Source: Torpedo marmorata
Lineage: Eukaryota
Length of the DNA stretch: 64,000 bases
NCBI GenBank assembly: GCA_977017645.1
Contig: OZ360224.1
Span: forward strand, 76,632,001 to 76,696,000
Direction: 5' to 3'
Part shown: in pieces, positions 37,342 to 51,249 of the stretch
Layout: every line of letters begins with the position of its first letter
How positions within the stretch are numbered: the stretch's first letter is position 1
Program-made: the position numbers and the translations under genes
Notes under the pieces: generated by a model
Seen by the model: only the letters and a program-made list of their open reading frames with translations
Database searches by the model: none
Told to the model about the DNA's origin: nothing

Positions 37342-40300
37342 TTTTTTTTATTATTTTATTTAAAATTTTAAATCACAAAATACACAAAATAAAATATAAA
37401 ATTATCAAAATACATGTGATATATTTTCACCCCCCCACCCTCCCTCCCCTCCCCAACCCACCCATCCCCACTAATCTAGTAAAATTAAAATAAAAGTAAA
37501 AATAGAAAAAAGAAAGAAAGAAAAAGATAGAATAAGGGGAATACCATCTATAAACTAATTCTATTATGGAGGTCAATTATGCCAGTAGATCCGATATCCA
37601 GAGATCTTCAAATCCTTAAACCCACTGCTCTCATATATGGGCTCCAAATTTTCAAGAAAAAATGATATTTATTACGTAAATTATAAGTGATTTTTTCCAG
37701 TGGTATACACGAACGAAGTTCTGCATGCCATCTTTCTAATCCTAAATCTAAGTCAGATTTCCAAGTAACAGCAATGCATTTTTTTGAAACAGCTCAAGCA
37801 ATTTGTAAAAATTCTACTTGAAACATATTTAATTTCTTCTTAATACTAAATTTTCTAATATCTCCAAACAAATATATCATAGGATCCATTGGGAATGTAA
37901 TTTTAAATACTTTATCTAAAAAATTTTAACTTTCAACCAAAAATCTTGAATCTTTGGACAAAATCATGTAGAATGAACAAAAGAACCTTCCTCATTATTG
38001 CATCTAAGACATAGTCCTGATAATATCGGATTAAATTTCTTTAATTTTTTAGGTGTTAAATATAATTGATGAAAAAAATTTGTACTAATCTATATCTAAC
38101 ATTAATAATCTTCGTCATACTTAACTTACATAAATCTTTCCAATGATTTTCATCTATATTTACATTTAAATCTAATTCCCATTTTAATCCTGATTTATGC
38201 AATCCTATTTTAGGCATTTTCCTCTGAAACAATTTATACATTTGAGAAATAAATTTATTAACATCTCCATTAGTAACTAATAATTCTAATTCATTTTGTC
38301 TTGGTAAAATCAAAGCATAACCTAATTTCTCAGTCAAAAAAGCTTTAACTTGATAATAAGCTAAAAATGTATTATCTGGTATATTAAATTTATCTTTCAT
38401 TCTTTGAAACGTAATAAATTTACCAGCTTCAAAACAATAATTTATCTTCTTAATACCTTTTTGAAAACAAATTTTAAATAACTGATTATTTTCAGTAAAT
38501 GATATAAGTCCATTTTGATATAATGGCATATTTGAAGAAATTAATCCTCTTCCACCTATCTCTTTATCCGTCTTACCCCATATTTCTAACAAATGTTTAA
38601 TAATCAGTGAATTTTTCTTTTTAACTAATATTAATTTAGAATCCCATTTATAAATAATTTCTTCTTTAAGATTTTCTCCTATATTATTTAATTCTATTTT
38701 AATCCAAGCAGAAGATTTAGTTAAATCAAAACATTAAATCATTAACAAATTTCAGTTGAGCTGCTTTATAATAATTTTGAAAATTAGGAAGTTGCAATCC
38801 ACCCATCTCATAATTCCAGGTTAATTTTTCCATACTTACTCTTGCTAACTTTCCTTTCCATAAAAATTTCCTAACGATAAAATTTAAATCTTTAAAACAT
38901 TTTTGAGGAATTCCAAAAGGAATTGATTGAAAAAGAGACTGCACTCTTGGAAAAATATTCATTTTAATACAATTTACCCTTCCCATTAAAGTTATGGGTA
39001 AATCTTTCCATTTCTCTAAATCTTTCTTTATTTTCACAAATAATGGTAAATAATTTAATTTATATAAATTTTCCAATTTTGTATCAACCTTGACCCCCAA
39101 ATATTTAATTCCTTCTTTAGTCCATTTAAATTGTGTAATTTCTTTACATCTAGTATAATCACCCTGAGATAAAGCCATTATTTCACTTTTATCAGAATTA
39201 ATTTTATATCCAGATATTTCACCATATTCTCTTAATATAATAGATAGTTGTTGAAGTGATATAATAGATTTTGTCATATATATCAATACATCATCTGCAA
39301 ACAAACTAATCTTATGTTCTTCCGTACCAACTTTAATACCCACTATCTTAGGATCTTTTCTAACTAATTCAGCCAAGGGTTCTATCGCCAAAACAAATAA
39401 AGCTGGTGACAGGGGACATCCCTGTCTCGTAGAACGTGTCAAAGAAAATTTTGGCGATATTTGTCCATTTGTAATTGCTTTAGCTGATGGTTCTTTATAT
39501 ATAGTTTTAATCCAATTTATAAATGTATTTCCAAAACCAAATTTTTCTAATACCTTAAATAAAAAATTCCATTCTAATCTATCAAAAGCCTTTTCAGCGT
39601 CTAATGTTACAACTAATGGTAAATCTTGTTTCTTTTTATTTAAACTAATTAAACTAATTAATCTAGCTATATTATCTTTTGAATATCTATTTTTAATAAA
39701 ACCAGCTTGATCTGTATGTATCAAATCTGGCAAGTATTTAGCCATTCTATTTGCTAAAATTTTTGCCATTATTTTATAATCTACATTTAATAATGAAATA
39801 GGTCTATATGATTCAGTTTTTAATACATCTCTATCCTTCTTTGGTATAACTGTAATTATAGCATTTAAGAATGTTTTCGGTAATGAATGAGTTTCCGTAA
39901 TTTGATCTAATACCTCCATATATGGAGGTATCAATAAATCTTTAAATTCTTTATAAAATTCTGATGAAAACCCATCATCACCTGGAGATTTACCACTCTT
40001 CAACGAGGAAAAAACTTCACTAACTTCCCTCATTGTGAAAGGCAAATCTAAAGAATCTCTACTCCGAATATTCAGTTTAGGTAATACAATTTTAGATAGG
40101 AATCTATTAATTTTAGAATCATCTTGATCAATCTGCGATTTATATAAATTCTGATAATAATCTTTAAATGATTCATTTATTTCTTGAGGTTTGTTATTTC
40201 TACAGTATTTTTCTTCCTTATAGCATTTATAGTTTTAGAAACTTGTTCTTTTTTTAATTGCCATACCAAAACCTTATGTGCTCTTTCTCCTAATTCATAA

Positions 40301-42659
40301 TATCTTTGTTTAGTTTTCTCAATTAATTTTTCCATTCTATATGTTTGTAATAAATTATAATGTAATTTCTTCCCTATTAAACGATTTCTTTTTTGAATTG
40401 ATCTATTTCTCTGTAAATCTTTCTCCATAAGTTCAATTTCCTTCTCCAATTTTTTTGATTCCTTAAGATAATCTTTCTTAATTTTAACTGAATAACTTAT
40501 TATTAGACCCCTTAAATAAGCTTTTAAAGCTTCCCACACTATAAATTTATCATTAATAGAATTAACATTTATTCGTAAAAATCCCTGAATTTCTCTTCTT
40601 ATATATTCACAAAAATCTTTCCTTTTTAATAACGACGAATCAAATCTCCAATTGTATATAGTTTTTTCTTTTTCCGGAATTATACAAGACAATAACAAAG
40701 GTGAATGATCAGAAATTACTCTCGCTTTATAGGATGCTTGCGTTATTCTATCTTGAACCTGTGATGATAATAAAAATAAATCTATCCTAGAGTATGAATC
40801 ATGTCTAAAAGAATAAAATGAATAATCTTTTTCCCGGGTTTAGTCTCCTCCAAATATCTATTAAATTTAAATTTTTCATCAAATTAAGAATTTTTTAAAC
40901 AATTTTAGCTCTAACAGATGATCTTGAGGTTCTATCCATTATTGAATCTAAACAACAATTGAAATCTCCCCCAATTAAAATATTCTCATTAGCATCTGAT
41001 AAATGCAAAAAAGCATCTTGAATAAACTGCTCATCATCTGGATTTGACACTTATAAATTCATAAGTGTCCAAGATTCAGAATAAATTTGACAATGTATCA
41101 ACACATATCTTCCAGCTACATCTGTAACTACCGATTGTATCTTAAAAGGTAATTTTTTGTTACCTTAGAATTAAATGAAGAAGCCACCACATGGCCAACC
41201 CACTCTCTTTTTAATTTTTGATGTTCCAAATCTATCAAATGAGTCTCTTGTAAGAAAGCTATATCTACCTTTAACTTTTTAATATATGCTAACGTTCTTT
41301 TTCTCTTAATTGGATTATTAAACCCATTTATATTTATACTTACTAAATTCTTACTATCCATCATAATCAAATTGTAACAAATCTCTTTCAATCAAATCCA
41401 CTAGCTTTCCCCTCCTAAATTGTGAACTACTTGATATCCCCTCAAGTAAAATAAAGAATAGAAAGAAAAAGAAAAAAAATATAAATCCCCGGATATAAAA
41501 CACTTGCATTTTTATCCCAGTATTACCCCCCTCCATTGTTCGAGAAGTGGCTCTCGCCACTAAGGTGGTGTACGGCTAGGAAGAAGAAACAAAAAGTCCA
41601 CCTCCCCCCAACAGATTAATGTAAATTTATACATCATATCTTCAATTAACTGATCCAATGTCCAAATCTTCTTGTTCTTCCTCAATCTGAATTCGGGCCC
41701 TCTCCTCTCTTGGCAAAGATCTTGGTGGAGAAGCTTGTGTTAGTTGATTTCCTTGATCTTGCTGAAGATTATTTGTTCCAGAATCTCGGATCAAATATGG
41801 AAGAGCTTGTGCATGTTCAAAAGCTCGTTGAGGATCCATAAACAGAATGAAGTTATTTCCACTACTTTGAATTCTCAAAGCCGCAGGATATTTAAACGAA
41901 AATTTATATCCTTTCTGCCAAAGTAATGCTTTTGTTGGATTAAATTCTTTACGACTCTTAACCACCGCTGGACTTAAATCTGGATAAAAAAGCACTTTAT
42001 TTCCCTCCATCATTGGAGCTCTATTTTCTCTCGCTTTCTGAATCGCTGCTCTTAGTATTTTTTCTCTATCTTGATATCTGAGACATTTCATCAATACAGG
42101 ACACGGTCTCCGATCTATCTGATTTCATCTCCCAATTCTATGTGCTCTTTCCAGCTCCACTGGTTTTTCAAAAGCAAAAGTTGTCATAAGCCAATTTTGA
42201 AAAAATTGAGTTACATCTATTGTTTCAGTATCTTCAGGTAATCCCAATATTTTAACATTATTTCTTCGGCTTTGATTTTCCAATTGATCAATTTTTTGCA
42301 TCAATTGATTTCTTTGTAATTCCCATCCTGTAAATGAATCATCCACTCTATTAACTCTTTCTTTATATTCTATAAGTTCATCATAATTATTCTTAACATC
42401 ATCTTCAACTTTTTGAACTCTATTTTCCATTTTACTCACATTATTTTCCAATCTTTTAATATCTTGTCTTACCCTTTTAAATTCTTGCTGCATACTAATT
42501 TCTAGTCTTGTAACAATCTGTAATATTTGTTCTTGTTTATCTTCTTTCATGGACCAATGTTCTATATTAGGATCTTCTGGATAGATTTCATACTCCTCAC
42601 TTTCCAACTCCGAAGTCTGCTGGATATCTTTATCCTTACCATCAGATTCAAACGATGTA
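37342..42659 (-). mobile_element. Near full-length L1 (most of ORF1, spacer, ORF2, polyA), frameshifted
   Basis: Perfect 14-bp TSD AAGTGCACATATTC at 37328-37341 and 42660-42673. ORF1 LENQSRRNNVKILGLPE and FYPDLS; 439-aa RT segment with FADDVL. Confidence 0.94.
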
Positions 42660-42824
42660 AAGTGCACATATTCAATGGTGTATTCTACTATTCATTTTAT
42701 CATTTACTAATCAAACATGCATGAAAGATCCCAATTACCCAGATGAAGCTAGCAGCACCCCATGGGACAAACCTCATTCTATTTGTCTATTTAATACGTT
42801 GGTCACTATGAAGAACATCTACAG

Positions 42825-43642
42825 CAGAGGTGGCCAAACTACGGCCCCTGGGCCAACTGTAGCCCATTGCCCATTTTTAAGTGGCCTGTTAGAACACTGT
42901 CTCTAACACTAAATTGCACTGTATGTACATTGCACTTCTTAGTTTCAACACTAGATGTCGCTGCCATTTTGAACAACTACTAGACCAACCATTGCAACAT
43001 TACTCATTGATGAAAACGTTTACTTCAGTTTAAAAAAATACGTTTACCTCAGTTGATTAAACATGGCAGAACCAAAATAGCAAAGTGGGAAAATGAATAC
43101 TTTTTCACAGAAGTCAAGGGAAAGTGAGTTTGTTTGATTTGCAAGGAATCTGTTAACTTTAATAGCCTATCTACAGATTTACACATTGCGTCATAATCAT
43201 TAAGGTGGACACTTGGGCCATGAACTGTATTCACTGAGAGTTGTGGAGGAATGTTGGAGACTGCCTTGTCCCTTTATTGATCTTTTCTCCTGTTCTTATT
43301 TTGCACCCTGCTTTTTATTTTGCATTGCTTTTTGAATTGGGATTTTAAAGAGTTTTATTGTGTTCATTTAAATTAAAGAGCAGCAGATACAGAAATGTCT
43401 ACTGTCATATGAGTGCACATCAATAAACTACTGTAATGTCAACAGTTAAACTGTTCAGTAGTGTGGTATAGTTAATTTGATAGAACATCAATTTTCGATG
43501 GCACAGGGGTTTTCTGGTCTAAAAAAACAATTTTTCTTGTAGTGTAACTGGTAGAAAACTGCCGGGTTTAATATTGTTTGGCCCGTGAGTCCTTATATTT
43601 TTCTGTATGTGGCCCACAACCAAAAAGGTTTGGCCACCCCTG
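42825..43642 (+). mobile_element. Internally deleted hAT (Charlie/SPIN-like) DNA transposon
   Basis: TIRs CAG(A/G)GGTGGCCAAAC; TSD ATCTACAG/ATCTACGC; transposase N-terminal remnant KWENEYFFTEVKGK*VCLICKESV at about 43083-43155. Confidence 0.82.
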
Positions 43643-43786
43643 ATCTACGCAGACCAGCTTCCAGCATTTGGCCTGTTCAATGCCGAGGTGATTAAAAAGC
43701 TTGTCTAAACACCTCTGAAATGCTGTTAGCAATTTTGCTTCCACCATTCTCTCTGGCAGTGCATTCCAGTTACTCACTGTTCAACG

Positions 43787-45145
43787 CAAGTTTATTGTCA
43801 CACACATAAGTGCAATATACAGATATACTGAAATTCTTTCTTGATGCAGCCATACAGGTATGTCAGATACACCAACTACAATATTAAACATTTAAACCAC
43901 AAATGCAAGACAGAAATAACTATGAAAGGATATATAAATATTCAGTTAGTTAGTGCAAGAAAAATAAGTGAAGTTTGAGTTGTGCAGTCAGATCTGTGGA
44001 CCTAGGGTTAATCCTATTGTTTTTGAATTAGAGTAGTACAGGGAGGTTCATGGGACTGACAACTGTTGGATAAAACCTATTCTTGAACCTGGAGGTGGTG
44101 GATGCCAGGCTTCTACACCTCTGCCTGAAGGGAGCAATGAAAAGAAATTGTGACAAGGGTGGTGGGGGTCCTTTATGATGTTGGCAGCAGTCTTAACCGT
44201 GGATGGGAAGTCAGTGCCTGTGATGGACTTGGCTGGGTTGGCCATCACAGGCAGCCTTTTATGTTCCTGGGTATTAGAGTTTCCAAACCAGGCCGTGATG
44301 CAATCAGTCAGAATACTTTCCACAGTACATCAGCAGAAATTCAACAGAGTATATGAAGACATGCCAAAACTCCTCAGACTCCATAGAAAGTAGAGTCCTC
44401 GATGTGCTAGCTCCAGGAGAGGTCCTTTGATACATGGACTCCCAGGAACTTGGAGGTACTATCCCTCTCAGCTGGTGTCTCATCAATGAAGATGGGTGCA
44501 TGGTCCCTCAGCCACCCTTCCTAAAGTCTATAATAAGCTCCTTGGTCTTGCTGATGCTGAGTAACAAATTGTTGTTCTGGCACCAAACAATCAGATTCCT
44601 GACCTCCATCCTATATTCTGATTAATTTCCTGTTATTCGGCCAACAACTGTGGTGTTGTCAGTGGATTTATAGATTACATTGGAGCCAGTCTGAGCTGTG
44701 CAATTGTGAGTGTAGAGGGGATAGAGTAGGGGACTAAGCATGCAGCCTTGAGGTGCCCGTGTTGATGGTCAGCGTGGAGGAGGTGATGTTGCCAATCTGC
44801 ACTGAATGGGGTCTGCTGATGAGGAAATCGAAGATCCAGTTTCCGAAGGATGAACAGAATCCCAAATCCTTGAGTTTATTAGTTTTGTTGGTATGATAGT
44901 GTTGAACGCTGAGTTGTGGCCAATGAACAACAGTTTGATATTCCTGTGGTCCAGATGATCTAACACAGAGTGGAGGGCCAGCAACATGACATGTTGACCT
45001 GTTGTGATGATAGGCAAATTGAAGTGGATGAGGAGTGTGACAGGAGTTGATCTGCTGCATAACCAACTTCTCAAAGCACTTCATCACAAGAGATGAAAGT
45101 GCCACTGACTGATAGTCGTCGAGGCAGGTCATTTTACTCACAACA
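43787..45145 (-). mobile_element. Decayed Rex/Babar-type LINE
   Basis: [50 protein letters not shown]; tail caagtttattgtca. Confidence 0.85.
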
Positions 45146-46391
45146 CTTTGGGTCTAAAAGAACCCCTTCAGACCCCTTTTAAATCTGCTAACCCTTTTCC
45201 TAAATCTATGTCCTCACCTCTGACAAGGGGAAAAGATTTTTGCAAGCTACCCTATCTCTTCCAATTTTCTACATCTCAATCAAGTCCAATCTTAACCTCC
45301 TCTGCTCCAGTGAAAAACAGACTTAGCATCTCTAGTTTCTCCTTGTAACTAGTGCCTTCCATCCCAGGCAAAATCCTGTTGAATCTCTTCTGCACCCTCT
45401 CCAGCCCTGACGCATCTTCCTATTTTATGGTACTCCAGCTGAGGTGTGACTAATGTTTAATAAAGTTGGAGCAAAATCCCCCTCCTCTTGTTTTCAATGC
45501 CCCAATTAATGATGATCAGTATCAGTATCCCATGTGTCTTCTTAAATTCTGTTATCTATCTGAGCTGCCACCTTCAAGGATCTTTGAAATTGCATACCAA
45601 GGGGCAATATTCCCAAGGACCTAATAATTATAATAATAAAGGACATAGTAATAGCCTTATTAGTATTCCCAAAATTATATTCCCTCACATTTATCGACTA
45701 AACTCCACTTACTATTTCTCAGTCAATTTTATGTAGATTCTGTTGTAACCTCAGATAACCTTCCTCACTGTGCATTATACAGTTTATCTTGGGAGGAAAT
45801 TTCTACTCATTCCATGCAGATATTTCAGACTAGCAATCTGAGCACAAGGGGTGATAAAGAACTGCATTTCTCTAGCTAAGGCCAGAGAGACAAAAATGGA
45901 ACCAAATGAATGCTCGCCATGATGGAAAGGGGCTTTGGAGGGGGGCAGTGGTCAATCATGTCAAGGACTGTTGGCAAGATAACAATTCATGGATTGTTAC
46001 TCTCACAATTCTGTGTTTTTTACTGAATTTTGTAAGAGCTATGCAGCACTGTATGGCAGTGCTGGAAATTAATTCCAAGAAAGCTGAGCAATAACAAGTC
46101 AGGTTACAAAACAAATACATGAGAGAAAAAGAAGACTGGAACTGGACTGGTATTTTCCAGGATGAGACTTTTTTTTTGGCAGAGAGGGCAGCTTTGAAGG
46201 GCATCGGGTAGTGCCTGAATATACTGGAATCTCTTGCGATATTAATAAACATTGTAAACAGGAATGAAAATTGTGTGCTCAACAGTTTAGTGGGATAGTC
46301 AAGGGGTATAAGAAGGAGGCAAAATCTTATATTAGCTGAGGATGGACACAAGGGAAAAATAAAACTGAATTTTTCCAGGATTTCCTAAGAA

Positions 46392-46616
46392 CAGTGGTTC
46401 TCAACCTTTTTCGGTCTAAGGTCCACCTGGCTTCTGGCCTAACATGCCATGGCCTACCAGTGACAATGACTGAGCAATATTTTCAAGTCAAAGGCAGCTC
46501 TGTAAGAAACACATCTTTATCTAATTTAAAGTATTTAATTTAACATTTTCAAAGACCTACATGGAAATACGCCGTGGCCCACCAGTGGGCCGTGGCTCAC
46601 TGGTTGTGAACCACTG
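46392..46616. mobile_element. hAT/Charlie (MER5-like) MITE
   Basis: TIRs CAGTGGTTC(T/A)CAACC; degenerate 8-bp TSD CCTAAGAA/CCGTAGAA. Confidence 0.8.
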
Positions 46617-46624
46617 CCGTAGAA

Positions 46625-48935
46625 TTTTAGATTTATTGCTAGAGTACATACATGACATCACATACAACCGTGAGATTTTCATTTTTTCTGTGGGCGAGGT
46701 AGAATTACCACTTATTGGTAGTGCAAAAAAACAAAACTGTACACAGCGCATACATTTAAACAAATAAAGAACTGTAAACAGATAACTAATGTAAACAAAC
46801 TGCAATACAGAGAGAATAAAAAAAATCAATAAAGTGCACAAGTAAGAGTCCTTAAATGAGTCCCTGATTGAGTTTGTTGTTGAGTCTGATGGTGGAGGGG
46901 TAGCAGCTGTTCCTGAACCTGGTGGTGTGAGTCTTGTGGTACCTATACCTTTCTTGATGGCAGCAGTGACAAGTCAAGTCACCTTTATTTGTCGTTCATA
47001 CCATATACACAGAAAAGACGAGATAGCTTTTCTGCAACACAATGAGCAAATTTACATAAATAGCATAATACAATAAAAAATCTGATATGCTAATACACAT
47101 ATATATCTAAAAATTGAGGAGCCTGATGGCTTGGGGGAAAAAAACTGTTGCACAATCTGGACGTGTGGGCCCGAATGCTACGGTACCTCCTTCCAGATGG
47201 CAGAAGGGAGAAAAGTTTACAAGAGGGGTGTGAGAAGTCCTTCACAATGTTATTTGCCTTCCGCATGCATCGTGTGTTGTAGATGTCCGTCATGGTAGGA
47301 AGAGAGACCCCAATAATTTTCTCCGCTGACCCCACTATCTTCTGCAGGGTCTTACGGTCTGAGTTTCCAAATCAAGCGGTGATGCAATTGCTCAGAATAC
47401 TCTCAATACATCCTCTGTAGAATGTAGTAAGGATGGAGGGTGGGAGATGAACTTTCCTCAGCCTTCGCAGGAAGTAGAGGCACTGCTGGGCTTTCTTGGC
47501 TATGGAACTGGTGTTGAGGGACCAGGTGAGATTCTCCACCAAGTGCACACCAAGAAACTTGGTACTCTTGACGACCTCAACGGTAGAGCCGTCTGTGGTC
47601 AGTGGAGAGTGATCCCCCGGGCCCTCCTGAAGTCGACAACCAACTCTTTTGTTTTATTAACATTCAGATGCAGGTTGTTGGCTCTGCACCAGACCATTAG
47701 CGACTGCATCTCATCTCTGTACACTGACTCATCGTTCTTGCTGATAAGGCCCACCACGGTCGTATCATCAGCGAACTTGATGATGTGGTTCGAACAGAGC
47801 GTGTGCTGGGTGGTGTGGATCCTTGATGATTGCTGCTGCTCTCCGATGGCAGTGTTCCCTGTAGATGTTCTTGAAAGTGGCGAGGGTTTTGCTTGTGATG
47901 TCCTTGGCTGTGTCCACTACCTTTTGGAGGGCTTTTTGCTCAGGGATATTGGTGTTCCCATTTCAGACCGTGATGCAGCTGGTCAGCATACTTTCCACCA
48001 CACATCTGTAGAATTTGCCAGGGTTTCTGGTGTCATACCAAACTCCGCAAACTCCTGAAGAAGTAGAGGCGCTGACGTGCTTTCTTCACAATGCCATTAG
48101 TGTGTTGGGTCCAGGAAAGATCCTCCGAGATAGTGACTGCCAAGAACCTAAATTTGCTCACCCTCTCCACCTCTAATCCCACAATGATCACTGGATTGTA
48201 TACCTCTGGCTTTCCCTTCCTGATGTCAACAATCAGCTCCTTAGCTTTGGTGACATTGAGTGCAAGGTTGTTGGTGCACCATTCAGCTAAGTTTTCAATA
48301 TCCCTCCTGTATGCCGACTCATCACCTTTCTTTATACAACCCACTACCGTGGTATTGTCGGCAAATTTGTAGATGGTGTTATTGTCGTACTGAGCTACAG
48401 TCGTAGGTGTAAAGTGAGTAGAGCAGGGAGCTAAGAACACAGCCCTGTGGTGCTCCGGTACTGATGGAGATTGAGGAGGAGATGTTCTTACCAATCCTCT
48501 CTGATTGTGGTCTGGAGGTGAGGAAATCCATGATCCAATTACACAATGGGGTGTTGAGTCCCAGGTCTTGGAGTTTGCTACTCAGTTTTGAGGGGATGAT
48601 GGTGTTAAATGCTGAACTGTGGTCAATAAAGAGCATCCTGATGAATGCATCTTTACTGTCCAGGTGTTCCAAGGCTTTGTGAAGAGCCAGTGAGATGGCA
48701 TCCGCCGTAGACCTGTTGCTATGATAGGAAAACTGGAATGTATCCATGTCGCTGCTCAGACATGAGCTGATATGTTTCAGCACCATCCTTTCAAAACACT
48801 TCATCACTGTTGATGTAAGTGCTGCTGGTCGATAGTCATTAAGGCAGGTTACTACACTCTTCTTGGGCATCGGTATAATTGACGCCTGTTTGAAACAGGT
48901 GGGTACCACGCCCTGCTGGAGTGAGATATTGAAGA
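46625..48935 (-). mobile_element. Rex/Babar-type LINE, RT to 3' tail, with a nested relative
   Basis: [50 protein letters not shown]. The 3' end (46625-46968) is separated from the body (47791 onward). Confidence 0.88.
46970..47790 (-). mobile_element. Nested 5'-truncated Rex/Babar-type LINE
   Basis: Has its own (CAAGT)n-tttatt tail at 46970, LLPSGRRYRSIRAHTSRLCNSFF, and KFADDTTVVG at about 47750-47780; the host resumes at gaacagagcgtgtgctggg. Confidence 0.82.
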
Positions 48936-50149
48936 TCTACCTTTATATAATTTAAGATATAATTTATACCTTGCTTGGAGAGAGTTCAGCAATTGGGTTT
49001 TTCCCCACACAGTCTGTAAAAGGTATATGTGCCAATGACCTTAACTGGACAAGGTAATCCACACTTTGGATCTTGACACATCTTGGTTGCAGGTTCTTCT
49101 GCCATATTTTGTTTTCTGATATGGAATTTAACATTCATAATTATTATTATTTAATGCTTATTGGAAAATATTTAAAACATATCTCCTCATGAATCAAAGA
49201 GCTGAATATTGCAGGATATGTGGTGATCTGGACTTTACAGACATGGGCCCTCCACCAGCATTCTATCTTCCCCAAGCCAAATCAGGTGGGCCATTTTTGC
49301 TAGCCCACATGATCATGGACTAAGATGTTAAGGCCTGAGTGCAGTAGGGCCTCTCATGACACAATGGACTAATGTGGGTGGACGAGTTTGCCTCATCTAG
49401 AAATCTTAGACAGACGTTTCATTCCCAACTTTGTTCGTTGTCAGTTTTGTGATATTTCTACATCTCTGATATTTGGAAAAGTAAAAACTGAAATAAAAAG
49501 ATCAACCAAAATGATGTTTAAATAAAACCATTAAACAATGCACCTTATTTAACCTTTAATCCACTCAGTCTCTCAATCTGTTCATCCTGTGCAAGGACTA
49601 ACCTGCTGAAGACTTCAAGTACAGAAACCTCAATCTATTCACTATGAAATCTCAGGAAGCTTCTGCTTCATTGCAGGATTCCATGCATATATGAAGAAAT
49701 CTCTCTAGACATTCCAGCTCTTATGCTGAACTGCCATAACCAAATCAAGTTTTATCACCATTTATATTTCTATTTGTTTAATACATAGAAAGTAGCTTGC
49801 TTGTTGATAATTTGCTCAAAATGATGGCTAATCTGAAACTATGCAATATTTGTCTGTCTAAGGCAAATGAGGTTTGGTCTCAAATTACTAGCTTTAATTA
49901 CTGTTTTGTTCATTTTAATACAATTTGACAAGAGCTGAGTTTAATTACAATGAAGGTAGCTGCAATTAGAACATTATCTTGACAGCAGTAACCTGGTAGC
50001 AGACATATGTAGTGCTGCAATGTTCTCACGATGATCCAACAGTTATCTTAATTTAGTTTCATGCTTATTCTCTGAAACCTACAAAATCTCTTGCTCTGCT
50101 ACTATTTCTGACAAACTGGATCCTCTCCTCTAATTGATTAATGGTTGTA

Positions 50150-50540
50150 CTCTTGGCTCCAAGTCAGAAGTTGCGACATCAAGTTCAACTCATGTCTTAA
50201 AACACAAAATTTAAGATCAGATCCCAGTACTGAAGAAGTGATGCATTTTGAATGCATTGTTAAGCCTTCTGCATTTTCAGGTGGACATAAAAGGTTCCAA
50301 GAATACAGGGAGGCTCTTGCCCAATATTTATCTTTTGAGTATATTTTAAATTTAGTGATTTAGTACCAGATTAGAATCTGGGTGATATCACTATCACAGG
50401 TTATCTCGTCATTACATTGTTTAATGGCACCACTTTGCATGCAAATTGGCTACCACACTCCTAGATTACAGCAGTAACTACACTTCAAAAGGATTGTAAA
50501 TCAATTTGGGATAGGACATTGTTAAAAGCAATTTCTTTAA
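50150..50540 (+). mobile_element. Degenerate Deu-domain SINE (AmnSINE1/SacSINE-like)
   Basis: gcaaattggctacc...attacagcagtaactacacttcaaaag...tttggga resembles the AmnSINE1 3' region, from memory. Confidence 0.55.
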
Positions 50541-50872
50541 GATTTGTGGTACCTGTATCTTCAATCACTTAATTCCAATGCTTTGAATTTCACCCAGCCC
50601 AGCTAACTTTCAAACCACTCCACCTCTTCTTAAAATCCACTGTCAGCATGCTTTTTTCACTCCTCTTGATCTTAATTTAAACATCCATACTTTTTTTTAT
50701 CATCTTATAATGTTTCCAGGACCTTTTACTTAAAAAATGCTACGTTTTATAGTATAGTCCGAAATGTTTTTCCAGGTTTGCTTTGGGTTCTCTTATTTTC
50801 CAATCTTCAATTGAACAATAAATATACTACAATTACATTCTTTCCCAAAACTGCACAAAACTTGTTCTTTAC

Positions 50873-51249
50873 CAGGAGTGGGCAACCTTTTTTTTTAAAA
50901 ACTCACATTCCACCTTAAGTATTCCCTATGCCATAAGTGCTTTGTGATTGGTAAGGGATTGCTTAAGGTGGTATGTGAGTGGGAAGGGAAGGTTGAGAAC
51001 CACTGCTCTAGACCCAATTGTTACTGAAATATTTTTCTTGAGAAAAATTGTCATTGGCCCATTTCCTTTGGAGTTATGAAACCGTGCACATAACAAGTCA
51101 ATTAGGTACGATTAAAACAGTGGTTTTCAAACTTTTTCTTTCCACTCACATACCACCTTAAGTAATCCCTTACTAATCACAGAGCACTTATGGCAAAGGG
51201 AATACTTAAGGTGGAATGTGAGTTTTAAAATAAAGGTTGCCCACTCCTG
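50873..51249. mobile_element. Second copy of the composite hAT MITE
   Basis: TIR CAGGAGTGGGCAACCTTT; TSD TTCTTTAC/TTCTATAC; interior nearly identical to 29687-30059. Confidence 0.9.

Noticed and set aside
45820-46360. Possible L2 LINE remnant (also about 12900-13500)
   Set aside because: Too degenerate to assign by eye.
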